Positions 48,641 to 64,000 of a stretch of 64,000 nt of DNA are shown here, piece after piece. The translations under genes and the position numbers were made by a program. The notes below the pieces were generated by a model. That model was not told where the DNA came from. It was given only the letters and a program-made list of their open reading frames with translations, and did not search any database. How positions within the stretch are numbered: the stretch's first letter is position 1; every line of letters starts with the position of its first letter. The stretch lies in contig NIVC01000083.1 in the NCBI GenBank assembly GCA_002269645.1, positions 372,001 to 436,000 on the forward strand, given 5' to 3'. The stretch is from Macrostomum lignano. Its lineage: Eukaryota.

Positions 48641-49015
48641 ACACGCACAAAACTACTGCACTGAAATACAACTAAGTAATTAGTCGTCAAGGAAGTTTTA
48701 TCTTGTGGAATAAAAAAATCAGATCAACTATAAACCAACACGGTTCGGCTGAAGCTCTGGCATTTGGGCTGACTGGTCCCTCAGTCTCTCTAACCCTGAC
48801 TCCACACTGCAACTGCCTGAATCTGAAACTTCCTGAGCAGCCAGAGGGTGGTTGAGTGAAGATTCTCATTGGTTCTGGGCCAAGGGGCAGGGTGGGCCAT
48901 ACGCTATATGAATGCAGCATTTAGGTAAGTTGCAGGTAAGAACGACCTGCAAGACGGCAACGCAAAGAAGCAGAGAATCAGGCCATGCTACTAGTAAATC
49001 TACTTTGATAAATTT

Positions 49016-49029
49016 GCAGCCATAGCAAC
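49016..49029 (+). promoter_or_regulatory. Imperfect RFX X-box upstream of the AGBL start
   Basis: GCAGCCATAGCAAC ~90 bp upstream of ATG 49116; the right half-site is strong and the left is weak. Confidence 0.3.
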
Positions 49030-49115
49030 CAAGGTCAAGGCGAGCTTCAATGCGAGAGTCTAACCGTACAAAATCAGCAAATTGATTTGCAGTAATCGAA
49101 TAGTTTTTTTAAATC

Positions 49116-62498
<13,383 letters not shown>

Positions 62499-62624
62499 GA
62501 AAATGTTTGGTATTAGTTTTCAAGACTCCTCTTATCTACATCAGTCAGTGTCACTCCATTTTCCCTTCTCTCATCTTGATCTTTCGTTGTCATGACTTCA
62601 TCAGTGGGCTTCGATCACAACAAC

Positions 62625-64000
62625 CTTATCACTTCAGTGTCTGTCTGTCATCACAACCTCATCACTTCAGTGTCTGTCTGTCACCACAACCTCATCACTT
62701 CAGTGTCTGTCTGTCACCACAACCTTATCACTTCAGTGTCTGTCTGTCACCACAACCTCATCACTTCAGTGTCTGTCTGTCACCACAACCTCACCACTTC
62801 ATTGTCTGTCTGTCACCACAATCTTATCACTTCAGTGTCTGTCTGTCACCACAACCTCATCACTTCAGTGTCTGTCTGTCACCACAACCTCACCACTTCA
62901 GTGTCTGTCTGTCACCACAACCTCATCACTTCAGTGTCTGTCACCACAACCTCACCACTTCAGTGTCTGTCTGTCACCACAACCTCATCACTTCAGTATC
63001 TGTCTGTCACCACAACCTCACCACTTCAGTGTATGTCTGTCACCACAACCTCACCACTTCAGTGTATGTCTGTCATCACAACCTCATCACTTCAGTGTCT
63101 GTCTGTCACCACAACCTCACCACTTCAGTGTATGTCTGTCATCACAACCTCATCACTTCAGTGTCTGTCTGTCACCACAATCTTATCACTCCAGTGTCTG
63201 TCTGTCACCACAACCTCACCACTTCAGTGTCTGTCTGTCACCACAACCTCATCACTTCAGTATCTGTCTGTCACCACAACCTCATCACTTCAGTGTCTGT
63301 CTGTCACCACAACCTCATCACTTCAGTGTCTGTCTGTCACCACAACCTCACCACTTCAGTGTCTGTCTGTCACCACAACCTCATCACTTCAGTGTCTGTC
63401 TGTCACCACAACCTCACCACTTCAGTGTCTGTCTGTCACCACAACCTCATCACTTCAGTATCTGTCTGTCACCACAACCTCATCACTTCAGTGTATGTCT
63501 GTCACCACAACCTCACCACTTCAGTGTATGTCTGTCATCACAACCTCATCACTTCAGTGTCTGTCTGTCACCACAACCTCACCACTTCAGTGTATGTCTG
63601 TCATCACAACCTCATCACTTCAGTGTCTGTCTGTCACCACAATCTTATCACTTCAGTGTCTGTCTGTCACCACAACCTCACCACTTCAGTGTCTGTCTGT
63701 CACCACAACCTCATCACTTCAGTATCTGTCTGTCACCACAACCTCATCACTTCAGTGTCTGTCTGTCACCACAACCTTATCACTTCAGTGTCTGTCTGTC
63801 ACCACAACCTCATCACTTCAGTGTCTGTCTGTCACCAGAACCTCATCACTTCAGTGTCTGTCTGTCACCACAACCTCATTACTTCAGTGTCTGTATGTCA
63901 CCACAACCTCATCACTTCAGTATCTGTCTGTTACCACAACCTCATCACTTCAGTGTCTGTCTGTCACTACAACCTTATCACTTCAGTATCTGTCTGTCAC
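62625..64000. repeat. 33-bp minisatellite (CACCACAACCTCATCACTTCAGTGTCTGTCTGT); runs off the window end
   Basis: About 41 copies. Confidence 0.95.

Noticed and set aside
42519-48683. Long SL-, RE-, LLSSS- and AKATA-repeat ORFs
   Set aside because: These are translations of microsatellites and minisatellites with no splice or codon evidence.

Overview
Eukaryotic, intron-rich animal genomic DNA with GC-rich exons, AT-rich introns and a different minisatellite in almost every intron. The style resembles a free-living flatworm such as Macrostomum, but that is inference. Five spliced genes can be built by hand: (1) an uncharacterised ~275-aa protein with an N-terminal MGNIC motif (+, 4060-6148); (2) TSNAXIP1-like (-, 21296-10979); (3) a MEX3-like KH protein lacking a RING finger (+, 22549-30005); (4) TMEM33/Pom33 (-, 37288-35510); (5) an AGBL2/AGBL3-like cytosolic carboxypeptidase (+, 49116-62498). 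The window also holds several MITEs with clear TIRs and TSDs, tRNA-derived SINEs and a decayed RTE-type reverse transcriptase. The dominant anomaly is a contiguous ~9.5-kb block (~5015 to ~14,450-14,535) that is complemented in place. Each base is swapped for its partner but the order is not reversed, so the block is not an inversion and its genes are invisible to six-frame translation. Both flanking genes run into the block and continue with correct GT-AG sites and splice phases once it is complemented. A 28-bp minisatellite inside the block is the exact base-by-base complement of an array 23 kb away. No known replication or repair chemistry yields this, so an assembly or sequence-processing error is far more likely than biology; raw reads would settle it.
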